Of a stretch of DNA of 54,425 nucleotides, positions 1 through 11,901 are shown in pieces. A program made the translations under genes and the position numbers. Source of the DNA: Polyangiaceae bacterium (lineage in GTDB: Bacteria; Myxococcota_A; Polyangia; Polyangiales; Polyangiaceae); contig JAPSGB010000031.1 in NCBI GenBank assembly GCA_035063585.1, positions 1 through 54,425 of the forward strand, written 5' to 3'. The notes beneath the pieces were generated by a model that was given only the letters and a program-made list of their open reading frames with translations, searched no databases and was not told where the DNA came from. The first letter of the stretch is position 1. Each line of letters starts with the position of its first letter.

Positions 1-692
1 TCCTCGCGCGCCGCGCGCTCGAGCGCGGCGCCGTCTGCGCCCCAACCGAGCAGGAGCGCGGTCATCACCGACTCGCCGAGTCGGGCGACGTCGAAGCTCG
101 CGCGGTCGAACCGCGCGAGCTTCTCGAGCTGGCAAGCTCCGTGGAGCGACGACCAGAACACGAGCGTGCGATCGCGGGCGTCGCCGTGACGGAGCGCGTG
201 ACGTCGAGCCGCGCGCTCGAAGAGCTCGCTCACCTCCGAGAGTAGCTCGAGGAGCGGGCCCGCCACTCGCCCGGCCTCGTCGTCGGAGACGAGCGGCCGC
301 GGATCGCCAGCGAGGAGCGCGAGGAGCCGGAACTCCTCCGGTGCCACGCGCGGCAGCGCGAGGTAGGAGCGCGCCGCGCGCACCAGCCGGACGAGCGCGC
401 GCGCCCGCGCGTCGAGGTTCGGGGGAAGCGGGTATGCCTGAGCGGCGCGGAACCGCGCGTGGAGCCCGGCGACCATGCGCGCCTGGAGCGCGGCGACGAG
501 GGCGTCCTTGGACGCGAAGTAGCGGTAGAGCGCGCCCGGCACATAGCCGAGCTCCTCGGCCAGGCGATGCACGGTGAGCCCCTCGAGCCCGCCCTCGTCG
601 ATGAGGCGGAGCGCGACGTCGAGGATCTGGCCGGCGCGCTCCTCGCGACGCCGCTCGCGGCGCCCGAGCTCAGGAGAGTGAACCACGTTCAC
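1..692 (-). CDS. TetR/AcrR family transcriptional regulator (3' end runs off the window; absent from the ORF track)
   Basis: Manual translation from GTG at 692 gives MNVVHSPELGRRERRREERAGQILDVALRLIDEGGLEGLTVHRLAEELGYVPGALYRYFASKDAL, a TetR HTH. The same frame reads ...GWGADGAALERAARE at the window start. The GTG at 686 is an alternative start. Confidence 0.9.
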   Translation of the reverse strand, partial: MNVVHSPELGRRERRREERAGQILDVALRLIDEGGLEGLTVHRLAEELGYVPGALYRYFASKDALVAALQARMVAGLHARFRAAQAYPLPPNLDARARALVRLVRAARSYLALPRVAPEEFRLLALLAGDPRPLVSDDEAGRVAGPLLELLSEVSELFERAARRHALRHGDARDRTLVFWSSLHGACQLEKLARFDRASFDVARLGESVMTALLLGWGADGAALERAARE

Positions 693-713
693 TATAGTGA
701 ACATGGTTCACTC
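676..713. promoter_or_regulatory. 38-bp palindrome made of two GTGAAC-N3-GTTCAC sites; probable TetR autoregulatory operator
   Basis: GAGTGAACCACGTTCACTA/TAGTGAACATGGTTCACTC has one mismatched pair, overlaps the tetR start codon and is centred on a -10-like TATAGT. Confidence 0.8.
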
Positions 714-812
714 CTGCTGTCAAACCCCGGCGATTCCGCGCCGAACCGACCAGCATTCCGAGCTCGAGACCCGGGCGGGGCTCGCGAGCGTGCTGGACGA
801 CCCGGAGGGGAA

Positions 813-2447
813 GTGCGACGCTCGCATCGGGATCTTCCGTTGTCGCCGCCTCTGACCAGCGAGCTAGCACCGGGTGTGACGCTGGCGTCGCGCTTCCGGG
901 TCGACGAGCGCCTCGCGGACGGCGCGCGGCCGCGGTTCCTCGGCACGGATCTCGAGACGGAGCGGCGCGTGGTGCTGTTCGAGCTCACCGCGGCGGAGGC
1001 CGAGCCGCTCCGCCCCATCGTGGGGCTCGAGCACGCGCACGTCGCGACGCTGCTCGGGCTGGTGGACGGCGGCGACGAGCGCATGGTGCTGGTCGCCGAG
1101 CACGTACCGGGGCGCACCCTCGCCGAGCTGCTCCGCGAGCGGGGGCGGAGGAGCCCGGTCGCCGCGGTGCGAGCGGCGCTCCGCGTGGCCGACGCGCTCT
1201 CGCACCTCCACGAGTCCGGCGGAGTGCACGGCGGGGTGAGCTCGGGCTCGGTGGTGGTCGAGCCGGACGGCGACACGCGCCCGGCGCCGGTGCTCGGCTA
1301 CGCGCCGCCGGCCGAGCCGCCGTCGCCGTTTCGCTCTCCCGAGCGCGGCCCATCCGATCCGCCGAGCGTGGCCGACGACGCCTGGGCGGTGGGCGCGACC
1401 TTCTTCGAGATGCTCACCGGCGAGGTGCCTCCTGCGGGCGGCGTCGCGTCGGAGGCGTCGCTCGCGAGCCTCGAAATCACCGACGCGACGCTGCGCCAGG
1501 TGCTGCGCCACACCCTCGACGCAAACCCGGCCGAGCGCGCGCCAGATCTCCACGCGATCAAGCGCGAGCTGGCGCGCTGGTTCGTCGAGCACGCGAGCGA
1601 CGAGACCGCGACCCCCACCACGCACGTGAGCAGCATGCCTCCGCCGCTCCCGCCGGGCGTCGCCTCGCTCGCGCCGGCGCCGCCGAGCGTGGCGACGCCG
1701 GCGGTGTCGCTCCCGCCGGCCACCTCGATGCCCCCCGCGCCGCCCCCTTCCAAGCGGCGGATGCTCCCGCTCTTTGCAGTCGGCGCCATCGTGTGCGGGC
1801 TCGGCGCGGCGTGGGCGTTCAGCGCGCTCGCTGGCCGCCCGACGGTCATCGAGGTGCCGGTGGCGTCGAGCGCGCCGGGGCCGGCGAGCGCCGCCCCGCC
1901 CGCGAGCGCACGCACCGAGATCGATCTGTCCGAGGTGCCGGTCACCGGCGAGACGGCCTCGCTCACCGGCGACAAGATGGCCACCTGCGTCGCGGGCTAC
2001 TTGCCGAAGGGAGCGTTCAAGGACGCGCCGGAGATGGACTGGCTCTGCGGCACCGTCGACCCGCGCGACGGCGCCGCCAAGCTCCGAACGGCCATCGTTC
2101 AGGGCTCCGCCGGCGGAGTCTCGGACGCGATGAAGCTCATGAGCCGCCTCGGCTGGTACGACATGGCGGCGTTCGCGGTGGCGCGGAGCGGCTGCTGCAC
2201 CGACGCGAAGCCGCTCGAGCTCCCCGCGCCCACCCAAGGCTGCGGCCGCGCCGACGCCGCGCTCGACACGCTCGGGCACGCGCTCGCCGGGAGTCGCCCG
2301 TACGAGCCGGCGCTCGACGCGTTCACCTCGGCCATCGAGTGCGAGGCGAAGGCCGGCCGCGCGTCGCTCTTCCGCCGGAACGCGCCGCCGGCGAGCAGCG
2401 AGCGGAGCGCGTTCATCGAGCTCATCCACGCTCTCCAGGCGCCTTGA
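813..2447 (+). CDS. Membrane-anchored Ser/Thr kinase-like protein (probable pseudokinase) with Cys-rich C-terminal domain
   Basis: Kinase-like scaffold (HAHVATL, LVAEHVPGRTL, FRSPER, DAWAVGATFFEMLTG), Pro-rich linker, TM helix, then a Cys-containing domain. Start placed at GTG 813 after GGAGGGG because the ORF-track start at 459 overlaps tetR. Confidence 0.75.
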   Translation: MRRSHRDLPLSPPLTSELAPGVTLASRFRVDERLADGARPRFLGTDLETERRVVLFELTAAEAEPLRPIVGLEHAHVATLLGLVDGGDERMVLVAEHVPGRTLAELLRERGRRSPVAAVRAALRVADALSHLHESGGVHGGVSSGSVVVEPDGDTRPAPVLGYAPPAEPPSPFRSPERGPSDPPSVADDAWAVGATFFEMLTGEVPPAGGVASEASLASLEITDATLRQVLRHTLDANPAERAPDLHAIKRELARWFVEHASDETATPTTHVSSMPPPLPPGVASLAPAPPSVATPAVSLPPATSMPPAPPPSKRRMLPLFAVGAIVCGLGAAWAFSALAGRPTVIEVPVASSAPGPASAAPPASARTEIDLSEVPVTGETASLTGDKMATCVAGYLPKGAFKDAPEMDWLCGTVDPRDGAAKLRTAIVQGSAGGVSDAMKLMSRLGWYDMAAFAVARSGCCTDAKPLELPAPTQGCGRADAALDTLGHALAGSRPYEPALDAFTSAIECEAKAGRASLFRRNAPPASSERSAFIELIHALQAP

Positions 2448-2457
2448 GCGGCGCGCC

Positions 2458-2745
2458 GTGGGGGAGGTCCTCGAGTTCGTCGGTCAAGCCGCGCTCGTCA
2501 TGGCGCTCACGGCGTGGATCGTCCGCCGAGATCTCCGCCGGCTCTCCGGCGAGCAGCTCGACCGCGCGTGGAACGACGCGACCTTCTGGTCGGCGATCGT
2601 GATGTTCAGCCCGCTCTGCGTCCCGATCCACTTCGCGCGCACGCGCCGCTCGCTCGCGGGCCTCGCGCTCGGGCTCGGGTGGATGCTCGCGGTCGTCGCG
2701 GTGAGCGTCGCGGTGAGCGCCGCGGTGAGCGCGCTCGTGCCGTGA
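2458..2745 (+). CDS. Small integral membrane protein
   Basis: 95 aa, about three hydrophobic segments, 10 bp after the kinase-like gene. Confidence 0.7.
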   Translation: MGEVLEFVGQAALVMALTAWIVRRDLRRLSGEQLDRAWNDATFWSAIVMFSPLCVPIHFARTRRSLAGLALGLGWMLAVVAVSVAVSAAVSALVP

Positions 2746-2751
2746 GCGCGC

Positions 2752-3075
2752 TCACTCGATGACGCGCGCCGTCGCGACCAGGCGCGCGGCGACCTCGCGG
2801 AGCCCCTCCTCGGACCATCGATCGGCGAAGGGCACGCTCACACGTAGGTGGTGCATCACGCGCTCGACGCGGTCTCGGCCGGGGACGCGGCTGATGTCGA
2901 TGACGGGAGGGAGCGGAGCCGTCGCCGCGGACGGACCGAGTCGCTTCGCGCGGAGCGCCCGGGCGCGCGGCGACGGGTCCGGGCCCTCCGCGTGCTCGGC
3001 GAACTCGGCGGCGAAGCGCTCGGTGAGGGTGCTCCCGGGGTAAGCGAGCAGCTCGGCTCGAGTGAGCGTGGCCAT
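2752..3075 (-). CDS. Hypothetical protein
   Basis: 107 aa with normal composition; internal repeat-like motifs YPGSTLTER and VPGRDRVER. Confidence 0.6.
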   Translation of the reverse strand: MATLTRAELLAYPGSTLTERFAAEFAEHAEGPDPSPRARALRAKRLGPSAATAPLPPVIDISRVPGRDRVERVMHHLRVSVPFADRWSEEGLREVAARLVATARVIE

Positions 3076-3134
3076 GATGGACGTGCCCTACCGGGCGCGG
3101 GCGCGGGCGGCCAAGTTCACGGCGCGCGCCCGGT

Positions 3135-4298
3135 TCACGGCTCGCGAAAGAGCTCCGCGAGGGCGCTCCCGTGCGCGAGCGCGCGCGCGATGCCGAGCAG
3201 CGTCGCGGCCTCGCGCGCGAGCGCGCCCGCGGCCGGTCGCCCCGCGCCGGTGTGCCCGTAGAGACCGGTCAAGTGGAGCCGCGTCGGGACCCGCGGCGCG
3301 AGCGCGCGCTCGAGTTTCCGCGCCTCGTTCCACGGGATCACGTCGTCGTCACGGCCGTGGCAGACGACCACCGGGCGAGTGAGGCGCATCATCGCGGCGG
3401 TGGGATCGGCGTAGTCGAAGCCGGCCCCCGCGCGCGCGAGCGCCCGCTCCGCGAGCTCACCAGCGCCAGGCTCCGCGCCCGCTCCGACGAGGAAGGTCTG
3501 CCGGTGCGGCGCGGGCACGCTCGGGGCAAGCTCGCGCCAGTACGGCTCGAGACGCCCGGGCACCTTCAGCTCCATCTTGCCCCAAGTGCGATAGACGAGC
3601 TCGCGCCACGCCGAGGCGAGCCCGGAGGTGTCGCCCTCGAGCGCGAGGTGGGGCAAGAGGTTCAGGAACAACGCCGGCAGGTTGAGCGGATCGTGGGCGA
3701 GCCGGACGTCCCCCGATCGAGCGCGCATCACGCCGTCCACGCAGAACCGCACCGCCGCGCCGAAATCCGCGTAACCGCCGAAGGTGATGACGCCGTCGAC
3801 GGCGTCGTCGAGCCGCGCAGCCACCTCGAGCGCCGGCCACGAGCCGAACGAGATGCTGAAGATGGTGGGCCGCCCCGCGCTGCGAAAGCGCTCCGCCGTG
3901 GCTCGTGCGAAGCGCTCGAGATCGTCCGGAGCGTCGGGGCGCACGTCGAGATCGACGAAGGCCGGCAAGAACGGCGCGACCACCACGAAGCCCGCGGCGG
4001 CGAGCACGCGGCAGAGACGATCCATGCGCGGATCGTCGGGGCCGAGGAAGTGCAGGCCCGGTGCGATCAGGTACACCCCTCGGGGCGCGCCGCGGGGATG
4101 ATAGACGTACGCCTCGAGGCGGCTCACCGCGCCGGCACGCGGCGGCGCGCCGGCGCGGTGGGCGCGGAAACCGTGGAGCTGCCCCTCGCGAACGAGCCAC
4201 GTCTCCCGGGCGACGCCCGCCGGGAGCGCGCGCTCGGACGCCCACGGCCCGAGCCAGCGGAGGAGCGCCGCGAGCGCGTGAGCGCGCCGAATGTCCAC
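3135..4298 (-). CDS. Alpha/beta-fold hydrolase
   Basis: Nucleophile elbow SISFG, HGRDDDVIP acid motif and C-terminal GLYGHT histidine. Confidence 0.75.
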   Translation of the reverse strand: MDIRRAHALAALLRWLGPWASERALPAGVARETWLVREGQLHGFRAHRAGAPPRAGAVSRLEAYVYHPRGAPRGVYLIAPGLHFLGPDDPRMDRLCRVLAAAGFVVVAPFLPAFVDLDVRPDAPDDLERFARATAERFRSAGRPTIFSISFGSWPALEVAARLDDAVDGVITFGGYADFGAAVRFCVDGVMRARSGDVRLAHDPLNLPALFLNLLPHLALEGDTSGLASAWRELVYRTWGKMELKVPGRLEPYWRELAPSVPAPHRQTFLVGAGAEPGAGELAERALARAGAGFDYADPTAAMMRLTRPVVVCHGRDDDVIPWNEARKLERALAPRVPTRLHLTGLYGHTGAGRPAAGALAREAATLLGIARALAHGSALAELFREP

Positions 4299-4395
4299 CC
4301 GCGAAAGTTATCACGTCCCAGGCGCGAGCCCGCGCCGCGAGCGCGCGCCCGCGCGCTCGCGCGAAGCGTCGGGGGGAGCGGTCGCGGAGCGAGCT

Positions 4396-4415
4396 GTGGG
4401 GGACGAGTCCCCCAC
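4396..4415. repeat. Intergenic palindrome (REP-like hairpin)
   Basis: GTGGGGGAC-GA-GTCCCCCAC, perfect 9-bp arms, between pfk and the hydrolase gene. Confidence 0.45.
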
Positions 4416-4481
4416 GTGAGCCCAATCCCGCGACGAACTTCACGTCGCTCCGTCAGAGCCGTCACGCCGCGCGCGCGCGGC

Positions 4482-5759
<1,278 letters not shown>

Positions 5760-5822
5760 GCGCGAGAGCAAAGCACCGCCCGGACTTGCGGCCAATCGAG
5801 TCCGGCGGGATAGTCCGCGGCG

Positions 5823-6611
5823 ATGAGCGACGGCCGCGTGAGCCTCGAGCGCGCCTCCGGCGTCGCGATCATCACCTTCGAGCGCCCGCACCGCAGGAAC
5901 GCGCTCGGCGGCGATATGCGCCAAGAGCTCGCTCGGCACCTCGAGACGCTCCACCGCGACGCGAGCGTCGGCGCGGTGGTGCTGCGCGGCGCAGAGGCGG
6001 CCTTCTGCGCCGGCGCGGACGTCACTGATCTCGCGACGCTCAGCCACCAGGCCGATGGCGCGCAGCAGCTCGCCGCGCGGCTCGACTTGATGACCGAGAC
6101 GGTGCTCCGGCTGGCCACCGAGCTCGAGCAGCCGACCCTCGCCGCGGTGCGCGGCCCGGCCGCGGGCGCTGGGCTCGGGCTCGCGCTCGCGTGCGACTAC
6201 GTCGTCGCCGCCGACGACGCCACGCTGACCACCGGTTTCTCGAGGCTCGGGCTCGCCGCCGATTGGGGCACGAGCTTCACCTTGCCGGCGCGCGTGGGCC
6301 GCGAGCGCGCGCTCGACCTCTTGCTCCGGAGCCCGCGGATCGACGCGGCCCAGGCGCTCGCGCTCGGCCTGGTCGACGAGATGGTCGAGGTGGACGGCCA
6401 CGAAGCGCGCTGGCGAGCGCTCGCGCGCGAGTGGGCGGAGGTGCCGCGCCCGGTGCGGAGCGCGGCGCTCGGCGTGTGCCGCCCGGCCCGCGACGCGCTC
6501 GCCGCCGCGCTCGCCAAGGAGCGGGAGCACCAGCTCGCGTGCTTCACCTCGCCGGAGGCGCGCGAGCGCCTCGACGCCTTCGTCGCCCGCGCCGAGCGCA
6601 AGCGCGGTTGA
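5823..6611 (+). CDS. Enoyl-CoA hydratase/isomerase family protein (PaaG-like)
   Basis: RPHRRNAL, AFCAGAD, AAGAGLGLALACD and FSRLGLAADWG (Asp retained, canonical hydratase Glu residues absent). Confidence 0.85.
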   Translation: MSDGRVSLERASGVAIITFERPHRRNALGGDMRQELARHLETLHRDASVGAVVLRGAEAAFCAGADVTDLATLSHQADGAQQLAARLDLMTETVLRLATELEQPTLAAVRGPAAGAGLGLALACDYVVAADDATLTTGFSRLGLAADWGTSFTLPARVGRERALDLLLRSPRIDAAQALALGLVDEMVEVDGHEARWRALAREWAEVPRPVRSAALGVCRPARDALAAALAKEREHQLACFTSPEARERLDAFVARAERKRG

Positions 6612-6721
6612 GGCTCGGGTTCGCGAGGCAGCGGACGGAATAGGCGCGGCCCCCCGATTGTCTCACGCGGTCGGGTCGCGTATAGCGCCCTTCGAGCTTC
6701 ATCACCGAGGAGCGAGTCGAG

Positions 6722-7708
<987 letters not shown>

Positions 7709-7719
7709 CGCGCCACGCG

Positions 7720-7741
7720 CGGGCGGCTTCGGCGCCGCCCG
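7720..7741. terminator. Hairpin between convergent moxR and fbp
   Basis: CGGGCGGC-TTCGGC-GCCGCCCG, 8-bp stem, no U-tract. Confidence 0.35.
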
Positions 7742-7747
7742 GCGGCA

Positions 7748-9673
7748 TCACCCCCCCACGCGCGGAGCCGACCCCTCGTCGATCAGCCGCTCGAGCAAGG
7801 AAATCCGCGCCTCGAGCACCCGCCCCTGCTCGGTGTCACCGACGCGGCGCGGCTCGTGGAAACGCCGGATGGCGTTGACCTCCGGGATGATGTCGACGCC
7901 CGAGTCGATGGCGGCGTCGACCGACTCGAAATGGTGGTGCTTGGCGAGGTGCGTCCCACGCGCGTCGAGGACGAGCGTATAGCCGTGATCCCCGTACGCC
8001 TCGCTGAACGCGCCGTCGATGGTGATGGCGAGCCCGCTCTCCTTGAGCGGCGACTCCCCTGCCTCGATGCGTACCGGGACGTGCCCGTTCACGATGAGCC
8101 CCTGGGTGGGCTCGACCCCGAACTCGCGGAGCACGCGCTCGCAGAAAGCGCGCTCGTGGATCAGAGAGAAGTACGGGTTCTTGACCTCCACGTGGGTCGA
8201 GGGATCTTGCACGAAATCCCGCTCGAAGGTGGTGATACGGTCCTTGCCGAAGCACGGCGAGCGCGGCCCGCACCAGAGGTAGTGAAGCAGGTCGAGGTCG
8301 GGCTCGCTGGGGCGCTCGACCGCGCGACGCACCACCCGCTCGAACGCCTCGAAGAGCGCTCGGCCCCTCGCGAGCTGGCCGTCGATCTCGAAGGCGAGCG
8401 GCTCGCCGGCCTCATCGACGGGCAGGCAGCCGTGGAAGATGAGATGCGCGTCGCGGACGAGCCAGAGCGCGCCGAGCCGCGCGAGCTCGCGCGCGTGCCG
8501 CCAGAGCTTCTCGCTGGCGAGGAACGACTCCCGGATGCGCGCGAGGCACGCCGTCTCGGCGTCCGAGAGTCGAGTCGGATCGGCGGGATCGACCGTGGGC
8601 AAGACCGCGTCGGCGAGCGCGTGGCGCCGGCCGTCGATGGTCACCATTCCCGCCGGGAGCTCGACCGCGGCCATCAACCGCCGGTGCTCGAGGCCGAAGC
8701 TCGGGTTGCGCGCGATGAGCTGCGCTTCGAGCTTGTGCTGCATCACCGCCGCGGCCTTGTGCATGCGCGCGACGGTGACAGGATCGCGGAGATCGTCGTT
8801 ACGTGCCCGCCACCGCTCCGCCGGATCGGTCGCGTAGAGCTCGCGCGCGAGCTTCTCGAGCGGCTGGAGCGTGATGCCGTACCCTTCCTCGAGCTGGGCG
8901 AGCCGCCCGTAGCGCGCGCTGATGCGAAGCACGTGGCAGATGAGCGCCTCCGAGCCGAGCGCGGCGCCGAGCCATGCCGCGTCGTGGTTGCCCCAGGTGA
9001 AGTGGACGCTCGGCTGCGCGAGCAGGATGTCGAGCACGCGGTCCCCGCGCGGGCCTCGATCCCAGCAGTCCCCCGCGACCACCAGCTCGTCCACCGCCAG
9101 ATCGCGCGCCATACGCGCCGCCAGGCGGATGAGACGCGTCGCGCGCGCGCCGGGCATCAGCCGGCGCACGATCGCGCCCAGCCGCTCATCTTGGCCCTCG
9201 GGGGCGCCGTCGAACATGAGCTCGCGCAAGAGCGAGCCGTAGTCGCTCGGGAGCGCCCGGTCGAGCCGGCGGACGCTCGCGCCGCGCGCCACCGCGCGAA
9301 GTACCTCGAGCACGTCGGCGAGCGCACGGGTGAGGAAGCGCGCTCGCTCCTCGCCGGCGTCCGCCGGCGGCGCGAGCCGCGCGATGGTCTCGCTCGGGTA
9401 GAAGACCAGCGCCACCACGCGCGCTAGCCGCTCGGCGTCGTAACGCGCGCCGAACACCCCCTCGATGAGCGGGCGAAGCGCCCCCGAGGCGTTATTTACG
9501 ATGTGACGGAGCTTCTCGTGCTCGCCGTGGATGTCGCTCACGACGTGCACGGTCGGCTTTGGCGAGAGTAGCTGCGCGCCGAGCCGCGCGACCTCGGCGT
9601 AGGCCGCGTCTGCCGTGGGGAAGGCGCGCCGCGCGAGCGCGAGCGCGGCGAGGGTGAGCTCCGAGTCGGACAT
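7748..9673 (-). CDS. fbp: Fructose-1,6-bisphosphatase class 3 (Firmicutes-type)
   Basis: SDIHGE, NNASG, GDCWDRGP, WGNHDAAWLGA, LEEGYGITL, FHGCLP, IVNGHVPV and IDGAFSEAY; about 640 aa. Start at ATG 9673 (MSDSEL). Confidence 0.88.
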   Translation of the reverse strand: MSDSELTLAALALARRAFPTADAAYAEVARLGAQLLSPKPTVHVVSDIHGEHEKLRHIVNNASGALRPLIEGVFGARYDAERLARVVALVFYPSETIARLAPPADAGEERARFLTRALADVLEVLRAVARGASVRRLDRALPSDYGSLLRELMFDGAPEGQDERLGAIVRRLMPGARATRLIRLAARMARDLAVDELVVAGDCWDRGPRGDRVLDILLAQPSVHFTWGNHDAAWLGAALGSEALICHVLRISARYGRLAQLEEGYGITLQPLEKLARELYATDPAERWRARNDDLRDPVTVARMHKAAAVMQHKLEAQLIARNPSFGLEHRRLMAAVELPAGMVTIDGRRHALADAVLPTVDPADPTRLSDAETACLARIRESFLASEKLWRHARELARLGALWLVRDAHLIFHGCLPVDEAGEPLAFEIDGQLARGRALFEAFERVVRRAVERPSEPDLDLLHYLWCGPRSPCFGKDRITTFERDFVQDPSTHVEVKNPYFSLIHERAFCERVLREFGVEPTQGLIVNGHVPVRIEAGESPLKESGLAITIDGAFSEAYGDHGYTLVLDARGTHLAKHHHFESVDAAIDSGVDIIPEVNAIRRFHEPRRVGDTEQGRVLEARISLLERLIDEGSAPRVGG

Positions 9674-9871
9674 CGGCGCGAGTATGCCCCCGGTCGGCGG
9701 GAGGCTCGGCGCGTGGTGCCGGGGCGCGCACCAACAGGCCGGCCGCCCGGCCAATATGCCCGACCAACTCGGAATAGCCGTGTACCCTCGATTGTCACTT
9801 CGCTCGCCGGCGCGCTATGACCGGCCGCCTCCCCGAAGCGTCTCCAACGAGCCCGTGAACAAGGTCGAGTC

Positions 9872-10753
9872 GTGATCCCCAAGGAGCTGCTGAAGGCCCT
9901 CCGCAAAATCGAGATCACGACCAACCGGCTGGCGACCGAGCAGCTCTCGGGCGACTACACCTCGGTCTTCAAGGGCCGGGGCCTCGCCTTTCGCGAGGTG
10001 CGCCAGTACCTGCCGGGCGACGACATCCGAACCATCGACTGGAACGTCAGCGCGCGGATGAACGAGACCTACGTCAAGGTCTTCGTCGAAGAGCGGGAGA
10101 TGACCATGATGCTCGTCGTCGACGTCTCGGCGAGCGAGCGGTTCGGCACGCGCACCGCGAGCAAGTCGCGCCTCGCCGCCGAGGTGAGCGCGCTCTGCGC
10201 TTTCTCGGCGATCAAGCACAATGATCGGGTCGGCCTCATCCTCGCCACCGATCAGATCGAGAAGATCGTCCCGCCCAAGAAGGGACAGAAGCACGTGATG
10301 CGGGTGGTGCGGGAGATCCTCGGTGCCACGCCGGAGCGCACCGGGACCGACCTCGAGGTCGCGCTCGAGACGCTCTACAACGTGGCTCGTCGCCGCAGCG
10401 TCGCGTTCGTGTTGAGCGATTTCTTCGCGTCCGGTTACGAACGCGCGCTCGCGCTGGCCGCGGCGCGCCACGACGTCATCCCCATCGTCCTCACCGATCC
10501 GCGCGACGAAGCGCTCCCCGACGTGGGCCTCTCTACGTTCGAGGATCTCGAGACGGGCGAGAGCGTGGTCGTCGATACCTCGAGCCCGCGCGTCCGCTCC
10601 TGGTACGCGCGACAAATGCGCCAGCTCCGCCAAGAGCAGGTGCATCTGTTCCGCAAGCTCGGCCTCGATCACGCCACCATTCGCACCGATCGCCCCTACA
10701 TCAAGCCGCTCCGTGATCTGTTCGCGCGGCGTGCGCGGAGGGCGCACCGATGA
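9872..10753 (+). CDS. DUF58 family vWA-like protein (MoxR partner)
   Basis: SVFKGRGLAFREVRQYLPGDDIRTIDWNVSAR, DVSAS and LSDF. Confidence 0.95.
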   Translation: MIPKELLKALRKIEITTNRLATEQLSGDYTSVFKGRGLAFREVRQYLPGDDIRTIDWNVSARMNETYVKVFVEEREMTMMLVVDVSASERFGTRTASKSRLAAEVSALCAFSAIKHNDRVGLILATDQIEKIVPPKKGQKHVMRVVREILGATPERTGTDLEVALETLYNVARRRSVAFVLSDFFASGYERALALAAARHDVIPIVLTDPRDEALPDVGLSTFEDLETGESVVVDTSSPRVRSWYARQMRQLRQEQVHLFRKLGLDHATIRTDRPYIKPLRDLFARRARRAHR

Positions 10754-11901
10754 GGCGCACGGTCGGGATTGGCCTTCTTTGTTTGTGCGGCGCGGTATCG
10801 GCGCAGGCCGCCGGCGCGACCGACGGCGGCGTCCCCGGGCCCTCCGACGCCGGCCGCGCGAGCGACGCCGCGCCGAGCGTCTCGGCGAGCTGCGTCGAGC
10901 ACCTGACGGGCGCAGAGCGGCCGAAGCTCGAGGAGAAGGTGCCGCCGCGAGGCACCAGCGGGCACGTGCTCACGCTCGAGCTCGTGATCGTGCATGGCAA
11001 GGGCGAGAAGGTGCTACCGAACGGCTTCCGGATCGATCGCGGGAGCGACGAGGCGCGCGCGCTGAAGCGTGCCGGCTTCATCTTGCCGGACCCCGAAGGC
11101 GGCGCCGCCCCGCACCTGAAGACCGAGTCCGAAGGCGACCGTGCCACGACCACGGTGACCATCCCCTTCGTCGCGCTACCGGACGAGCCCGGACGCCACG
11201 AGCTCGTGCTGCCCCCCTTGCCGATCGCCATCGCACGCGCGAGCGGCGAGGTCTCGACGCTGTGCACCCGGCCGCACGCGGTCATCATCGAGGACCCGAC
11301 CTCGAGCACCCCGAACGCGCGCCCGCTCCCGAACCCACCCCCGCGCCCGCAGCGAGAGGAGTGGACGCTCGCCAAGAACGTCGCGACCGCCGCGCTCATC
11401 GCGCTCGTGGTGGGCGTGCTCCTCGCGTGGCTGCTCGGCCGGTGGCTGCGGCGCCCGAAGCCCGAGCCGCCGCCTCCGCCTCCTCGGCCGCCGTGGGAGG
11501 TGGCGCTCGAGGAGCTCTTCGACATCCGTCACGCGGGCCTCATCACCGACCAACGCTTCCAGGAGCACTACGACCGCGTCTCGCACGCAGTGCGAAAGTA
11601 TCTGGGTGATCGCTACGGCTTCGACGGGCTCGAGAGCACCACGCGTGAGATCATGGCGATCATCGAGCGGATCGTCCCGCCGGTCACCGCGCAGCCGGAG
11701 ATCTGGACCTTCCTCCGCGAGGCGGACCTCGTGAAGTTCGCGCGCCTCACGCCGTCGCAGGAGGACTGCGAGACCGCGCTCGGTCGCGGCGAGCAGATCG
11801 TCCGCACCACCGTCCCGCCCTTCGTCGAGGCTGGCGCCGGTGCGGCGGCGCCCGCCGAGAGCGCCCCGCCCGAGCCCGACTCCGGAGGCGGCGCCCCGTG
11901 A
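10750..11901 (+). CDS. Bat-operon membrane protein (BatD-like N-terminal domain, TM, C-terminal helical domain)
   Basis: Signal peptide, TM, Pro stretch, VRKYLGDRYGFDGLESTTREI and ADLVKFA; 4-bp overlaps with both neighbours. Confidence 0.75.
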   Translation: MRRTVGIGLLCLCGAVSAQAAGATDGGVPGPSDAGRASDAAPSVSASCVEHLTGAERPKLEEKVPPRGTSGHVLTLELVIVHGKGEKVLPNGFRIDRGSDEARALKRAGFILPDPEGGAAPHLKTESEGDRATTTVTIPFVALPDEPGRHELVLPPLPIAIARASGEVSTLCTRPHAVIIEDPTSSTPNARPLPNPPPRPQREEWTLAKNVATAALIALVVGVLLAWLLGRWLRRPKPEPPPPPPRPPWEVALEELFDIRHAGLITDQRFQEHYDRVSHAVRKYLGDRYGFDGLESTTREIMAIIERIVPPVTAQPEIWTFLREADLVKFARLTPSQEDCETALGRGEQIVRTTVPPFVEAGAGAAAPAESAPPEPDSGGGAP

